NCBI RefSeq assembly: GCF_055900595.2 | Contig: NZ_CM148325.1 | Direction: 5' to 3' (one strand) | DNA: 64,000 nt | Part shown: one piece after another, positions 44,640 to 56,034 of the stretch | How the letters are laid out: each line of letters opens with the position of its first letter | Position numbering within the stretch: position 1 is the stretch's first letter | The notes under the pieces: generated by a model | Databases searched by the model: none | Seen by the model: only the letters and a program-made list of their open reading frames with translations | Told to the model about the DNA's origin: nothing | Translations under genes and position numbers: made by a program

Positions 44640-44718
44640 GCCACTGCTTTTCTTTGATGTCCCCATTTTGTGGAGCCCATCAACCCCGCCATTTCGGTTC
44701 AAGGTTGGTGGGTTTTTT
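44640..44718 (+). ncRNA. rybB: RybB small RNA (sigma-E-dependent, Hfq-binding repressor of outer-membrane protein mRNAs)
   Basis: gccactgcttttctttgatgtccccattttgtggagcccatcaaccccgccatttcggttcaaggttggtgggtttttt matches RybB as I recall it (conserved 5' seed GCCACUGCUUUUCUUUGAUGUCCCC and terminator hairpin with U-run); lies between ybjL and rcdA. Confidence 0.85.
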
Positions 44719-44737
44719 GTTATCTAAAATTTATCTA

Positions 44738-45274
44738 CTACCCGGCAACCCTCTCAACCATCCTCAAAATCTCCTCGCGCGATAGCGGCTTACGGTCGGT
44801 GACAAAATGCAGCGTCATCCCCTCAATAAACGCATCAAGCGCGCGGGCGGTTCCGGGTTCAAACCATTGTTCGAGCGTTTGCTGACTGCGCTGCATCCAG
44901 TTTTGCATTACCGTTTTTAATAGCGGTTTTCGGCTAGCCAGCGCGTAGAGCTGGTACATCAGCTCCATGTTATCCGGCGTTGCAACCTGTGAGCTGTAGA
45001 TCATATCGGTGATAGCCTGGCATGCGCCCGGAGCATCACTAACATCGCTAAAAAATGCCTGATATTGCCGGGACATGATCTCAGTAAAACTGCTGAACGC
45101 CTCCAGCAACAACTCATCAATTCCTGAAAAATAGTAGGTCATCGACCCCAACGGTACCCCGGCAAGGGTAGCAATTTTGCGGTGCGTAACGGCATGTATT
45201 CCGTAAAGTTTCACCGCCTCCAGCGTGGCCTGGATAATTTTTTCTCGCCGTTGCGGATCGTTAGCGCGACGCAT
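44738..45274 (-). CDS. rcdA: TetR-family transcriptional regulator RcdA (YbjK)
   Basis: 178 aa from [22 protein letters not shown]-terminal TetR HTH; ends with TAG. Confidence 0.88.
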
Positions 45275-45357
45275 GTCATTTCCTCTCTCTGCAATTGTGT
45301 ACAAATGTACACAACCTTGCTAATGTTGTCTTCCCTCTTCTTATTTTGACGTGATCT

Positions 45358-46566
45358 ATGACCGTAAATTCTTCACGTAATGCATTGAAACGCCGAACCT
45401 GGGCGCTGTTTATGTTCTTCTTTTTGCCGGGCCTGTTAATGGCGTCCTGGGCAACTCGTACACCTGCTATCCGCGATATTCTTTCTGTTTCGATCGCTGA
45501 AATGGGCGGAGTCCTCTTTGGTCTGTCGATCGGTTCAATGAGCGGTATTCTCTGCTCGGCGTGGTTAGTGAAACGCTTTGGGACGCGGAATGTCATCCAG
45601 GTCACGATGTCCTGCGCATTGATCGGGATGATGATATTAAGTCTGGCACTCTGGCTGACATCGCCCCTGCTCTTTGCCGTTGGTCTCGGCGTCTTTGGGG
45701 CAAGTTTTGGTTCTGCGGAAGTGGCGATAAACGTTGAAGGTGCTGCCGTTGAGCGAGAAATGAATAAGACGGTTTTGCCGATGATGCACGGTTTTTATAG
45801 CCTGGGCACGCTGGCAGGCGCTGGTGTCGGGATGGCACTGACGGCCTTTGGCGTTCCGGCAACGGTGCACATTTTATTGGCGGCGCTGGTAGGCATCGCG
45901 CCTATTTATATCGCCATTCAGGCAATCCCTGACGGTACGGGCAAAAATGCTGCCGATGGCACCCAGCATGGTGAAAAAGGCGTACCTTTTTATCGGGATA
46001 TCCAGTTGCTGCTGATTGGTGTTGTGGTACTGGCGATGGCCTTTGCCGAAGGTTCTGCCAACGACTGGTTACCCTTATTAATGGTTGACGGTCACGGTTT
46101 TAGCCCTACTTCCGGCTCGCTGATTTATGCCGGTTTTACCCTGGGGATGACTGTTGGACGCTTTACCGGCGGTTGGTTCATCGACCGTTATAGTCGCGTT
46201 GCCGTGGTTCGGGCCAGTGCACTGATGGGAGCGTTGGGTATTGGGCTGATTATTTTTGTCGATAGCGCCTGGGTCGCTGGGGTGTCTGTTGTACTTTGGG
46301 GACTGGGGGCCTCGCTGGGCTTCCCGCTGACCATTTCTGCCGCCAGCGATACCGGCCCCGATGCACCGACCCGCGTCAGCGTAGTGGCGACGACCGGTTA
46401 TCTGGCTTTCCTCGTCGGGCCGCCGCTGCTGGGCTATCTCGGCGAACATTATGGATTACGTAGTGCAATGCTGGTTGTACTGGCGCTGGTTATTCTTGCG
46501 GCTATTGTCGCGAAAGCCGTCGCCAAACCCAATACCAAAACGCAGACGGCGATGGAGAATAGTTGA
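45358..46566 (+). CDS. ybjJ: MFS transporter YbjJ
   Basis: 402-aa ORF with 12 predicted transmembrane segments. Confidence 0.88.
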   Translation: MTVNSSRNALKRRTWALFMFFFLPGLLMASWATRTPAIRDILSVSIAEMGGVLFGLSIGSMSGILCSAWLVKRFGTRNVIQVTMSCALIGMMILSLALWLTSPLLFAVGLGVFGASFGSAEVAINVEGAAVEREMNKTVLPMMHGFYSLGTLAGAGVGMALTAFGVPATVHILLAALVGIAPIYIAIQAIPDGTGKNAADGTQHGEKGVPFYRDIQLLLIGVVVLAMAFAEGSANDWLPLLMVDGHGFSPTSGSLIYAGFTLGMTVGRFTGGWFIDRYSRVAVVRASALMGALGIGLIIFVDSAWVAGVSVVLWGLGASLGFPLTISAASDTGPDAPTRVSVVATTGYLAFLVGPPLLGYLGEHYGLRSAMLVVLALVILAAIVAKAVAKPNTKTQTAMENS

Positions 46567-47381
46567 TGAGCATTAAATTAATTGCGGTTGACATGGATGG
46601 TACTTTCTTAAGCGATCAAAAAACCTATAACCGTGAGCGGTTTATGGCTCAGTATCAGCAGATGAAAGCACAAGGCATTCGCTTTGTGGTCGCCAGCGGG
46701 AATCAATATTATCAGTTAATCTCTTTCTTCCCTGAAATTGCTAATGAAATTGCCTTTGTGGCTGAAAACGGCGGTTGGGTTGTAAGCGAAGGCAAAGATG
46801 TTTTTAATGGCGAGCTGTCGAAGGATGCGTTTGCTACTGTGGTGGAACATTTACTGACGCGCCCAGAAGTGGAAATTATTGCCTGCGGAAAAAATAGCGC
46901 CTATACCCTCAAAAAATATGACGATGCCATGAAAACGGTGGCGGAAATGTATTATCACCGTCTGGAATACGTCGATAACTTTGATAATTTAGAAGATATC
47001 TTCTTTAAGTTTGGCCTGAATCTTTCCGATGAACTGATTCCACAAGTGCAAAAAGCATTACATGAGACCATCGGCGATATTATGGTGCCGGTCCACACCG
47101 GCAACGGCAGCATCGATCTGATTATCCCCGGCGTACATAAAGCGAATGGCCTGCGCCAACTTCAGAAATTATGGGGAATAGACGACAGCGAAGTGGTGGT
47201 CTTCGGCGATGGTGGTAACGATATTGAGATGCTGCGTCAGGCAGGCTTTAGTTTTGCGATGGAAAATGCTGGCAGCGCGGTCGTCGCAGCGGCAAAATAC
47301 CGGGCAGGCTCCAATAATCATGAAGGTGTACTGGATGTGATCGATAAAGTTCTTAAACACGAAGCGCCTTTTGATCAATAA
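46566..47381 (+). CDS. ybjI: HAD-family phosphatase YbjI (Cof-type)
   Basis: 271 aa from [15 protein letters not shown] (HAD motif I DxDGT); ATG overlaps the ybjJ stop. Confidence 0.88.
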   Translation: MSIKLIAVDMDGTFLSDQKTYNRERFMAQYQQMKAQGIRFVVASGNQYYQLISFFPEIANEIAFVAENGGWVVSEGKDVFNGELSKDAFATVVEHLLTRPEVEIIACGKNSAYTLKKYDDAMKTVAEMYYHRLEYVDNFDNLEDIFFKFGLNLSDELIPQVQKALHETIGDIMVPVHTGNGSIDLIIPGVHKANGLRQLQKLWGIDDSEVVVFGDGGNDIEMLRQAGFSFAMENAGSAVVAAAKYRAGSNNHEGVLDVIDKVLKHEAPFDQ

Positions 47382-47466
47382 AAACGGTAGCACGCCCGGC
47401 AACACAAAGCCTGAATGAAGGCTGCATAATTCGCAGAAATTAACCCGCTGCATTATTTCAGGCGAA

Positions 47467-47751
47467 ATGATTATGAGAAATTGTCTACTGTTGGGCGCGC
47501 TTTTAATGGGCTTTACTGGTGTGGCGATGGCGCAAAGTGTCACCGTCGATGTGCCGAGTGGATACAAAGTGGTTGTGGTCCCTGATTCAGTCAGCGTTCC
47601 ACAAGCAGTCAGCGTCGCGACTGTGCCGCAAACCGTCTATGTGGCTCCTGCGCCAGCTCCGGCTTACCGCCCGCATCCGTATGTTCGCCATCTTGCCAGC
47701 GTAGGTGAAGGGATGGTTATCGAACACCAGATTGATGACCATCACCATTAA
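47467..47751 (+). CDS. ybjH: Small secreted protein YbjH
   Basis: 94-aa ORF with signal peptide MIMRNCLLLGALLMGFTGVAMA. Confidence 0.8.
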   Translation: MIMRNCLLLGALLMGFTGVAMAQSVTVDVPSGYKVVVVPDSVSVPQAVSVATVPQTVYVAPAPAPAYRPHPYVRHLASVGEGMVIEHQIDDHHH

Positions 47752-47754
47752 TTT

Positions 47755-47793
47755 GAAAATGCCTGATTGCTTTGCGCAACCAGGCATTTTTTT
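47755..47793. terminator. Bidirectional intrinsic terminator between ybjH and mdfA
   Basis: Stem aatgcctg/caggcatt flanked by A-run and ttttttt. Confidence 0.75.
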
Positions 47794-49024
47794 ACCCTTC
47801 GTGCGAATTACCCATCTGTTTATCTTTTAAAAAGATAACCATCAGCAGCAGCCACAAAATCCCGTTGGCAAGGTTGAAGAGATTAAACAGGCCATTTCCC
47901 CCATTCAGCCAGGCATGTTTGCTGATTTCAATACCGACGGTAAAAATAAGCATTTGCAACATTCCCATCGCCGCAGAAACCGTACCTTTACTCATATCGC
48001 TGGCAAACAGGGTCAATCGCACCAGTCCCGCATTCGCCAGGCCAATACCGAAAGCATAAATACTTAACCCGGCGGTCATCCACAAATACGCGTGCGATGA
48101 GATAACCGTTGCCGCAGCAGCGACCAACAGGCCAATCATAATCGGCCAGCCGCCCATAATAATCAATGAACGTACGGTGCGGCGCGAGGTCAGACGCGCT
48201 AGCAGCAAGTTACCCGCAATTAATGCCCCGAAAATAGGCACTTGCAGCAAGCCATATTCATAACTGCTCAACTGCTCGCCGGTAATGATGATAATCGGCG
48301 ACTGGGCGATCCACGCCAGCAACGGCAGGCTAACGAATCCCAGCGCCAGTGCCCCTGCCACAAAGCGACCGTTCTTCAGCACCAGCTTATAGTCACGACC
48401 GAGTTCTTTCAGCGACAGTTTCTCGCCTATACGCGTGGCGGTTTCAGGCATGGCTCGTTGCAGACCGAAAAAGGAGATCGCTGCCAATGAGGCAAACAAG
48501 ACGAACATCCCTTCCCAGGGCAGCACATGGATCCACGCCGCGCCCACCAGCGGACCAAGTAGCGGAGCAATCAGCGCCACGTTCGCCATCAGCGCGGTGA
48601 TCTTGATACAAACCGCCTCTTCGAAGGACTCCTGAATTGCGGCGTAACCCACAGCGCCAATGAAACAGAGGCTTATGCCCTGCAAGAAGCGCAACAGCGT
48701 GAATTGTTCAATGTTTTGCGCCAGTAATATCGCCAGACAAGTGATGATAAACCACACTACCCCCGCCAGCATCACCGGACGGCGACCAATACGATCCGAC
48801 AGTGGTCCCAGCAGCCACTGTAAAAACATCCCGCCCGCCAGATACGCGGTCATCGAAGTAGGAACCCAATCAATGCCCGCCTGATACTGCTCCACCACGG
48901 CCAACATGCCGGGTTGAATCATATCGTTGCCGATATAGGTTGAAAATTCGTAAAGCACCAGACAGAGAGGGAAAAGTAACGCCTGACGTCCAAGCCTGGC
49001 ACCGGAAGCTAATCTATTTTGCAT
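47792..49024 (-). CDS. mdfA: Multidrug efflux MFS transporter MdfA (Cmr)
   Basis: 410 aa from [40 protein letters not shown]; 12-TM MFS protein. Confidence 0.92.
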   Translation of the reverse strand: MQNRLASGARLGRQALLFPLCLVLYEFSTYIGNDMIQPGMLAVVEQYQAGIDWVPTSMTAYLAGGMFLQWLLGPLSDRIGRRPVMLAGVVWFIITCLAILLAQNIEQFTLLRFLQGISLCFIGAVGYAAIQESFEEAVCIKITALMANVALIAPLLGPLVGAAWIHVLPWEGMFVLFASLAAISFFGLQRAMPETATRIGEKLSLKELGRDYKLVLKNGRFVAGALALGFVSLPLLAWIAQSPIIIITGEQLSSYEYGLLQVPIFGALIAGNLLLARLTSRRTVRSLIIMGGWPIMIGLLVAAAATVISSHAYLWMTAGLSIYAFGIGLANAGLVRLTLFASDMSKGTVSAAMGMLQMLIFTVGIEISKHAWLNGGNGLFNLFNLANGILWLLLMVIFLKDKQMGNSHEG

Positions 49025-49309
49025 GCAATTTCTTCGCCAATAATAATCGCGCAAAGTTTAATAAAAGCGCAGCTAACGAGAAAGCGAATTTTGTAGCTGA
49101 AACTTCGGTTAAGCACATTCTTACATTATTGCGAGTATAGCTACGCTTTCTTTAAGTTTTATTTAACCTATGCTCGTTACAATCAGCCACCGTAAACAGG
49201 GCCGCTTGAGGGAAATAAGACGATGCCGCTTTACCCAGTTTAACCTGCACTTTATTCTCAACGACTTGCCTGTATTGGCTCCCTTTTAATCACTTTGCGT
49301 CGGGAAGTT

Positions 49310-49906
49310 ATGCTGGAAAATTTGAATCTCTCTCTATTCTCTCTTATTAACGCGACGCCAGACTCTGCGCCGTGGATGATCTCGTTGGCGATTTTTATTG
49401 CTAAAGATTTGATTACCGTGGTGCCGCTGCTGGCCGCAGTACTTTGGTTGTGGGGGCTTACAGCACAACGGCAACTGGTGATAAAAATCGCAATCGCGCT
49501 AGTCGTCAGCCTGTTAGTGTCCTGGACGATGGGGCATCTTTTCCCACACGACCGACCCTTTGTCGAGAATATCGGCTATAACTTCCTGCATCATGCGGCG
49601 GATGACTCATTCCCGAGCGATCATGGTACGGTAATTTTCACCTTTGCACTGGCATTTTTATGCTGGCATCGCCTGTGGTCCGGTTCCCTTTTAATGGTAC
49701 TGGCTGTTGTCATTGCCTGGTCGCGCGTTTATCTTGGCGTGCACTGGCCGCTGGATATGCTCGGTGGATTGCTGGCAGGTATGATTGGCTGCCTTAGCGC
49801 TCAGATTATCTGGCAAGCGATAGGGCATAAACTCTATCAACGTCTGCAATCATGGTATCGCTTCTGTTTTGCATTACCGATCCGCAAAGGCTGGGTGCGT
49901 GACTGA
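49310..49906 (+). CDS. ybjG: Undecaprenyl-pyrophosphate phosphatase YbjG (PAP2 family)
   Basis: 198 aa from MLENLNLSLFSLINATPDSAPWM; PAP2 motifs PSDH and SRVYLGVHWPLD. Confidence 0.9.
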   Translation: MLENLNLSLFSLINATPDSAPWMISLAIFIAKDLITVVPLLAAVLWLWGLTAQRQLVIKIAIALVVSLLVSWTMGHLFPHDRPFVENIGYNFLHHAADDSFPSDHGTVIFTFALAFLCWHRLWSGSLLMVLAVVIAWSRVYLGVHWPLDMLGGLLAGMIGCLSAQIIWQAIGHKLYQRLQSWYRFCFALPIRKGWVRD

Positions 49907-49963
49907 TCTCTGCTAAAAAGTGTAGTATTGAGCGGCTCGCTTCAATAACTATTCAGAGGGATT

Positions 49964-50722
49964 ATGGAAACACGTCGCGAAGAGCGTATCGGGCAACTGC
50001 TGCAAGAATTAAAACGCAGCGATAAGTTACATCTTAAAGACGCCGCCGCCCTGCTTGGGGTTTCGGAGATGACGATTCGTCGCGATCTGAACAACCACAG
50101 CGCCCCCGTCGTTTTGCTTGGCGGCTATATTGTTCTGGAACCGCGCAGCGCCAGCCATTATCTGTTAAGCGATCAAAAATCCCGTCTGGTAGAGGAAAAA
50201 CGCCGGGCGGCAAAACTGGCTGCGACGCTGGTAGAACCCGATCAGACCCTCTTTTTTGACTGTGGCACCACCACACCGTGGATTATTGAAGCGATTGATA
50301 ATGAAATCCCTTTTACCGCCATTTGTTATTCGCTAAATACCTTTCTGGCACTGAAAGAGAAACCTCATTGCCGCGCGTTTCTTTGCGGTGGTGAATTTCA
50401 CGCCAGCAACGCCATTTTCAAACCCATCGATTTTCAGCAAACGCTGAATAATTTTTGCCCGGATATCGCTTTTTATTCCGCGGCGGGGGTGCATGTCAGT
50501 AAGGGCGCTACCTGTTTTAATCTTGAAGAGTTGCCGGTAAAACACTGGGCCATGTCGATGGCGCAAAAGCATGTGCTGGTTGTCGACCACAGTAAATTTG
50601 GCAAGGTGCGTCCGGCACGCATGGGTGACCTGAAACGCTTTGATATTGTAGTGAGCGATTGTTGCCCGGAAGATGAGTATGTGAAGTACGCGCAGACGCA
50701 GCGTATTAAGTTGATGTATTAA
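49964..50722 (+). CDS. deoR: DeoR transcriptional repressor
   Basis: 252-aa ORF; N-terminal HTH (LLGVSEMTIRRDL); synteny. Confidence 0.9.
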   Translation: METRREERIGQLLQELKRSDKLHLKDAAALLGVSEMTIRRDLNNHSAPVVLLGGYIVLEPRSASHYLLSDQKSRLVEEKRRAAKLAATLVEPDQTLFFDCGTTTPWIIEAIDNEIPFTAICYSLNTFLALKEKPHCRAFLCGGEFHASNAIFKPIDFQQTLNNFCPDIAFYSAAGVHVSKGATCFNLEELPVKHWAMSMAQKHVLVVDHSKFGKVRPARMGDLKRFDIVVSDCCPEDEYVKYAQTQRIKLMY

Positions 50723-50728
50723 CAACGA

Positions 50729-50762
50729 ATAACCGGATGACGTTTCGCGCCATCCGGTTATC
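50729..50762. terminator. Hairpin between convergent deoR and dacC
   Basis: Stem aaccggatg/catccggtt. Confidence 0.55.
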
Positions 50763-50768
50763 AGAAGA

Positions 50769-51971
50769 TTAAGAGAACCAGCTGCCGAACCACTGATGGA
50801 ATTTCATCATCACGAAATCCCACATCCGACCAAAGAATCCACCCTCTTCCACATTTTCCATCACGATCAGCGGGCGCTGTTCAATGGATTTACCGTTAAG
50901 CTGGAAATCAATGGTGCCGACAACCTGACCTTTTTTCAGCGGTGCGGTAAGCTGCGGTTCCGTTAACGTATAACTCGCTTTCAGGTTTTTCAGCTGCCCA
51001 CGCGGTATGGTCACGGATCCCGCTTCGCCTGCCCCGAGATTCACTTCGCTCTTATCACCAAACCAGACGCGCTGAGTCACAAAGGTGGCATCAGGTTTAA
51101 TTGGCGTCACGGTTTCAAAGAAGCGGAAACCCCAGGTCAATAATTTCTCAGACTCATTAAAACGGATACGGTCAGTTTTCGCCCCCAGCACTACGGAGAT
51201 TAAACGCATATCGCCCTGGGTAGCAGAAGCAACCAGATTATATCCCGCGCCTGCCGTGGTTCCTGTCTTCATGCCATCAACATTCAGATTGCTGCTCCAC
51301 AGCAGACGGTTACGGTTAGGCTGACGAATTTTGTTGAAGGTGAACTCTTTCTCTTTATGAATGGCGTACTCTTCTGGCACATCGTGAATCAGTGCTTTAC
51401 CCAGCAATGCCATATCGCGTGCGGTACTGAACTGCCCCGGCGCATCCAGACCGTGCACCGTCTGGAAGGTCGTGTTGGTCAGCCCCAGTTTTTTGGCATA
51501 ACCATTCATCAAACCAATAAATGACTCCTGGCTCCCGGCAACGTAATCAGCCAGCGCAATACAGGCGTCATTACCGGACTGGATAATCACGCCTTTGTTC
51601 AAGTCTGCCACCGAAACCTGATCGCCTGGTTTGAGGAACATTACCGACGAACCACGCAGTGCCGGGTTTCCCGTCGCCCAGGCATCTTTACCGACCGTCA
51701 CCATATCGGTGAGTTTAATCTTATCGGCCTTAAGCGCCTGCCCAACCACATAGCTGGTCATGATTTTAGTCAGGCTCGCGGGGTCCAGTTTCTCATCCGC
51801 ATTGCCTTCTGCCAGCACTTTACCGCTGGCGTAATCCATTAAAATCCATGCACGCGCATCCACGCTCGGCGCTTCAACGGTTTGTTCCGCCGCGAATGCC
51901 GTTGGGGCAAAAAGGAATAAAAATGCAGAACCCGCTGCAAGACCACGAAGGAGAGAGGAGTATTGCGTCAT
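50769..51971 (-). CDS. dacC: D-alanyl-D-alanine carboxypeptidase DacC (PBP6)
   Basis: 400 aa from [27 protein letters not shown]; active-site SxxK (PASLTK), SGN and KTG motifs. Confidence 0.93.
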   Translation of the reverse strand: MTQYSSLLRGLAAGSAFLFLFAPTAFAAEQTVEAPSVDARAWILMDYASGKVLAEGNADEKLDPASLTKIMTSYVVGQALKADKIKLTDMVTVGKDAWATGNPALRGSSVMFLKPGDQVSVADLNKGVIIQSGNDACIALADYVAGSQESFIGLMNGYAKKLGLTNTTFQTVHGLDAPGQFSTARDMALLGKALIHDVPEEYAIHKEKEFTFNKIRQPNRNRLLWSSNLNVDGMKTGTTAGAGYNLVASATQGDMRLISVVLGAKTDRIRFNESEKLLTWGFRFFETVTPIKPDATFVTQRVWFGDKSEVNLGAGEAGSVTIPRGQLKNLKASYTLTEPQLTAPLKKGQVVGTIDFQLNGKSIEQRPLIVMENVEEGGFFGRMWDFVMMKFHQWFGSWFS

Positions 51972-52217
51972 AAATGCCACCCGAGTATCCATTCAAAAAA
52001 AATACGTTATATCGCCGTATGATAAGTTCGGTGATTAATAACGCACACACAAACTTAAAGAAACCGTAAGTTGGTAAAGTTTTTAAAGTTTATGCAATAT
52101 CCTGCCGCTTCGCTGCTTCTGCCGTCATTTTTTTGCCAGCTGTTGCTTAAAAGTTAACTTTACTTCACCATCAAAGTCCTGTTCAGCCTGTGGCTGCCTG
52201 TCGGAAAAGGGGTAAGT

Positions 52218-52844
52218 ATGATTACGCTGTGGGGTCGGAATAATTCAACCAACGTAAAAAAAGTATTGCTGACGCTCGAAGAACTGGAACTACCTTATGA
52301 GCAAATTCTCGCGGGCCGTGAGTTTGGGGTAAACCACGATGCTGATTTTCTGGCGATGAACCCTAACGGGCTGGTGCCGTTGTTGCGTGACGACGAAAGT
52401 GATCTCATTCTTTGGGAATCAAACGCCATTGTCCGCTATCTGGCGGCACAGTATGGGCAAAACCTCCTGTGGATCGACTCACCGGCACGCCGTGCAGAAG
52501 CGGAAAAATGGATGGACTGGGCAAACCAGACGCTCAGTAATGCCCACCGCGGGATCCTGATGGGATTAGTCAGAACACCACCGGAAGAGCGCGATCAGGC
52601 CGCCATTGATGCCAGTTGCAAAGAGTGTGACGCCCTGTTTGCCCTGCTCGATGCGGAACTGGCAAAAGTAAAATGGTTCTCTGGCGACGAGTTTGGTGTG
52701 GGCGATATCGCCATCGCACCGTTCATCTACAATTTATTTAACGTTGGCCTGACCTGGACACCGCGTCCAAATCTGCAACGCTGGTATCAGCAACTCACTG
52801 AACGCCCCGCAGTGCGCAAAGTGGTGATGATCCCCGTTAGCTAA
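52218..52844 (+). CDS. gstB: Glutathione S-transferase GstB (YliJ)
   Basis: 208-aa GST-fold ORF; synteny. Confidence 0.88.
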   Translation: MITLWGRNNSTNVKKVLLTLEELELPYEQILAGREFGVNHDADFLAMNPNGLVPLLRDDESDLILWESNAIVRYLAAQYGQNLLWIDSPARRAEAEKWMDWANQTLSNAHRGILMGLVRTPPEERDQAAIDASCKECDALFALLDAELAKVKWFSGDEFGVGDIAIAPFIYNLFNVGLTWTPRPNLQRWYQQLTERPAVRKVVMIPVS

Positions 52845-53956
52845 TTGCGTGGGCTAACTTTAAGTAATTCCCCACTGGACTCGTCGGTGAGAACGTATAA
52901 ATAACCGTCGGGTCCAGTACGAACATCACGAATTCGCTGCCCTCTGTCCGTTAAAATACGGCCATCTTCTGTCACTTTGTCGCCGTTGACGCTCATCACA
53001 ATGACATCTTTATCTTTCAGCGCGCCAATAAATAATTTTTGCTGCCACTGGGGGAATTTATCGCTGTTATAGAAGGCCATGCCGCTCACGGCGGGCGAAT
53101 CTTTCCAGTAAAAAATAGGTTGCTCGGTCCCGGCGACGATCTCCCCTTTCGCTTCCGGTATTTTAAAGCCTGAATAATTGATTCCCCAGGTTGCCAGCGG
53201 CCAGACGTAGTTTTTGCCTTTTTGCGGGATATTAATTTCATCACCACCGCGTGGGCCATGTTCATTCAGCCACAGTGCATTACTCCACGGATTCATCGCC
53301 ATTCCTTGCGGGTTACGAATACCATAAGACCAGATCTCGGCGCGTGCATCGGATCTCCTGGCAAAAGGATTATCATCCGGGATCTCGCCCTGGTCAGTAA
53401 GACGCACCAGTTTGCCCTGTAATTTATCCAGATCCTGCGCCGTCGGGCGCTGATTGTTTTCGCCCAGAGCAATAAAAAGATAACCTTTACCGTCGAATAC
53501 CAGCCGCCCACCAAAATGGTTGCCGGTAGACAGTTTTGGCATCTGGCGAAAAATGGTGCGGAAGTCGGTCACTTTTGAAAGATCATCACTTAAACGACCA
53601 TACCCCACGGCAGTTCCGGCTTTGCCATCATCGCCAACTTCGGAATAGCTTAACCAGATGCGGCGCGACTGGGCAAAATCAGGTGCTAAAGCCACATCCA
53701 TTAAGCCGCCCTGCCCGTGCGCCCAAACTTCCGGCACTCCGGAAAGCGGCGCAGATAATCCTTTTCCTGCTTGCCAGCGACGCAACTCACCGCCGCGCAG
53801 GGTGATTAACATGCCGTGATTATCGGGTAAAAAGGCCAGCGCCCAGGGGTGATCGAGTTTGTCTTGCAGTACTTCGACATTTACCGTTGCAGGAGCTGCC
53901 CAGAGAGCAGAAGAAAGACAGATAAGGGGCACAAGGAAAAAGGATTGTCTCTGCAT
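52841..53956 (-). CDS. yliI: PQQ-dependent soluble aldose sugar dehydrogenase YliI
   Basis: 371-aa ORF with signal peptide; beta-propeller sugar dehydrogenase family; 3' end overlaps gstB by 4 nt. Confidence 0.88.
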   Translation of the reverse strand: MQRQSFFLVPLICLSSALWAAPATVNVEVLQDKLDHPWALAFLPDNHGMLITLRGGELRRWQAGKGLSAPLSGVPEVWAHGQGGLMDVALAPDFAQSRRIWLSYSEVGDDGKAGTAVGYGRLSDDLSKVTDFRTIFRQMPKLSTGNHFGGRLVFDGKGYLFIALGENNQRPTAQDLDKLQGKLVRLTDQGEIPDDNPFARRSDARAEIWSYGIRNPQGMAMNPWSNALWLNEHGPRGGDEINIPQKGKNYVWPLATWGINYSGFKIPEAKGEIVAGTEQPIFYWKDSPAVSGMAFYNSDKFPQWQQKLFIGALKDKDVIVMSVNGDKVTEDGRILTDRGQRIRDVRTGPDGYLYVLTDESSGELLKVSPRN

Positions 53957-54035
53957 AACGCCTCCAGATTGACTCTGGCTTAAAGCGTAGTCAGTGAAGG
54001 CGATAACAAATTCATTTTTACAAAAACTTAAATAT

Positions 54036-54066
54036 GAAGGGGGAGACGCTTTCTCCCCCTTTGTTT
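54036..54066 (-). terminator. Hairpin immediately 3' of bssR
   Basis: Stem gggggaga/tctccccc adjacent to the bssR stop. Confidence 0.55.
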
Positions 54067-54450
54067 TCAGGCCTTCTCAAGCATGGCATGTTTCTGCAGG
54101 CTCTGGATACTCAGCGTTAAGCTCATCAGACAATTTTCAAGCTTATCGGCGTTGACGGTAATAACAGTCGGGCAATCATGGTGCCCACTCATCAAACATA
54201 CTGCGGCTGTCGCTAATGCTTCTTCAGCATGATGAAGAGCACTCCACTCTTCCTGATCCAGATGAAGATTCAACCGCAGCGATTTATCGTGCAGTTCGCG
54301 ATTCAGTTTAAAAAAGTTATCTCGTAGATGATTGCTTTCGCTGACGGACATGTATCCTTTTGCCTTCCTCAGTTGCACGTATGCAGCGAGGTCAACGCGT
54401 GCGTCGATCAACCGGTTCAGCAGATCGATTCGCTGTCTGTCAACGAACAT
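54067..54450 (-). CDS. bssR: Biofilm regulator BssR
   Basis: 127 aa from MFVDRQRIDLLNRLIDARVDLAAYVQ; synteny. Confidence 0.88.
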   Translation of the reverse strand: MFVDRQRIDLLNRLIDARVDLAAYVQLRKAKGYMSVSESNHLRDNFFKLNRELHDKSLRLNLHLDQEEWSALHHAEEALATAAVCLMSGHHDCPTVITVNADKLENCLMSLTLSIQSLQKHAMLEKA

Positions 54451-54662
54451 ACTTCGATCCTCCTCTTTCCAGCCTTGTTGCAATTAAATAGTATGGCTAT
54501 TTATTGAGCAAAATGCTGTCCAGGATCAATTCTTCACGCCGAATTAACAAAATTTACATTTCCTTCGCCTCCGCCAGCGAATGAGATTGCGATACAAATT
54601 TTATCCAGAACTCTGTAGAATCCCTGCCCTGACCTTTCCTGTAACTGAATATTTTTTAAGCT

Positions 54663-55988
54663 ATGAGCAAAGTAACTCCCCAGCCGAAAATCGGCTTTGT
54701 TTCCCTTGGCTGTCCGAAAAACCTTGTCGATTCAGAGCGTATTCTCACCGAACTACGCACCGAAGGTTATGACGTGGTACCGAGCTATGACGATGCGGAC
54801 ATGGTGATCGTCAATACCTGCGGCTTTATTGACAGCGCGGTACAAGAATCACTGGAAGCCATTGGCGAAGCGTTGAATGAAAACGGCAAGGTAATTGTGA
54901 CCGGTTGTCTGGGGGCGAAAGAAGATCAGATCCGCGAAGTCCACCCGAAAGTGCTGGAAATCACCGGGCCTCATAGCTATGAGCAGGTTCTTGAGCACGT
55001 TCATCACTACGTACCAAAACCGAAACACAACCCATTCCTGAGCCTGGTGCCAGAACAAGGTGTGAAACTGACGCCGCGTCATTATGCCTATCTGAAAATT
55101 TCTGAAGGCTGTAACCACCGCTGCACCTTCTGCATTATTCCGTCTATGCGCGGCGATCTGGTGAGCCGTCCGATTGGCGAAGTGTTAAGTGAAGCGAAAC
55201 GACTGGTTGATGCGGGCGTTAAAGAGATTCTGGTGATCTCGCAGGATACTTCCGCCTATGGCGTCGATGTTAAACATCGTACTGGCTTCCACAACGGCGA
55301 GCCGGTAAAAACCAGCATGGTCAGCCTGTGTGAACAGTTATCGAAACTGGGGATCTGGACACGTCTGCACTACGTTTACCCTTATCCACACGTGGACGAC
55401 GTCATCCCACTGATGGCGGAAGGCAAAATCCTGCCGTATCTGGATATCCCGTTGCAACACGCCAGCCCGCGCATTCTCAAACTGATGAAGCGTCCGGGTT
55501 CTGTAGATCGCCAACTGGCGCGCATCAAACAGTGGCGCGAAATCTGCCCGGAACTGACCCTGCGCTCAACCTTTATTGTCGGCTTCCCTGGCGAGACGGA
55601 AGAAGATTTCCAGATGCTACTCGATTTCCTGAAAGAAGCACGTCTGGATCGCGTTGGCTGCTTTAAATACAGCCCGGTTGAAGGCGCAGACGCCAATGCC
55701 CTGCCTGACCAGGTTCCGGAAGAAGTGAAAGAAGAACGCTGGAACCGTTTCATGCAGCTGCAGCAGCAGATTTCCGCCGAGCGCCTGCAAGAGAAAGTGG
55801 GCAGTGAAATTCTGGTGATTATCGACGAAGTGGACGAAGAAGGCGCGATTGGCCGCAGCATGGCAGATGCACCAGAAATCGACGGCGCGGTTTATCTCAA
55901 TGGTGAAACTAACGTTAAGCCGGGTGATATCCTGCGAGTGAAAGTCGAGCACGCCGATGAGTACGATTTGTGGGGTAGCCGGGTTTAA
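54663..55988 (+). CDS. rimO: Ribosomal protein S12 methylthiotransferase RimO (radical SAM)
   Basis: 441-aa ORF; N-terminal Cys triad plus radical-SAM motif CNHRCTFC; C-terminal TRAM domain. Confidence 0.93.
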   Translation: MSKVTPQPKIGFVSLGCPKNLVDSERILTELRTEGYDVVPSYDDADMVIVNTCGFIDSAVQESLEAIGEALNENGKVIVTGCLGAKEDQIREVHPKVLEITGPHSYEQVLEHVHHYVPKPKHNPFLSLVPEQGVKLTPRHYAYLKISEGCNHRCTFCIIPSMRGDLVSRPIGEVLSEAKRLVDAGVKEILVISQDTSAYGVDVKHRTGFHNGEPVKTSMVSLCEQLSKLGIWTRLHYVYPYPHVDDVIPLMAEGKILPYLDIPLQHASPRILKLMKRPGSVDRQLARIKQWREICPELTLRSTFIVGFPGETEEDFQMLLDFLKEARLDRVGCFKYSPVEGADANALPDQVPEEVKEERWNRFMQLQQQISAERLQEKVGSEILVIIDEVDEEGAIGRSMADAPEIDGAVYLNGETNVKPGDILRVKVEHADEYDLWGSRV

Positions 55989-55994
55989 TTAATT

Positions 55995-56024
55995 CAGGCA
56001 GGGCAACATCATTTGCCCTGCCTG
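55995..56024. terminator. Hairpin between convergent rimO and dgcI
   Basis: Stem caggcagggcaa/ttgccctgcctg; no strong U-tract. Confidence 0.5.
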
Positions 56025-56034
56025 CTAATAATGA

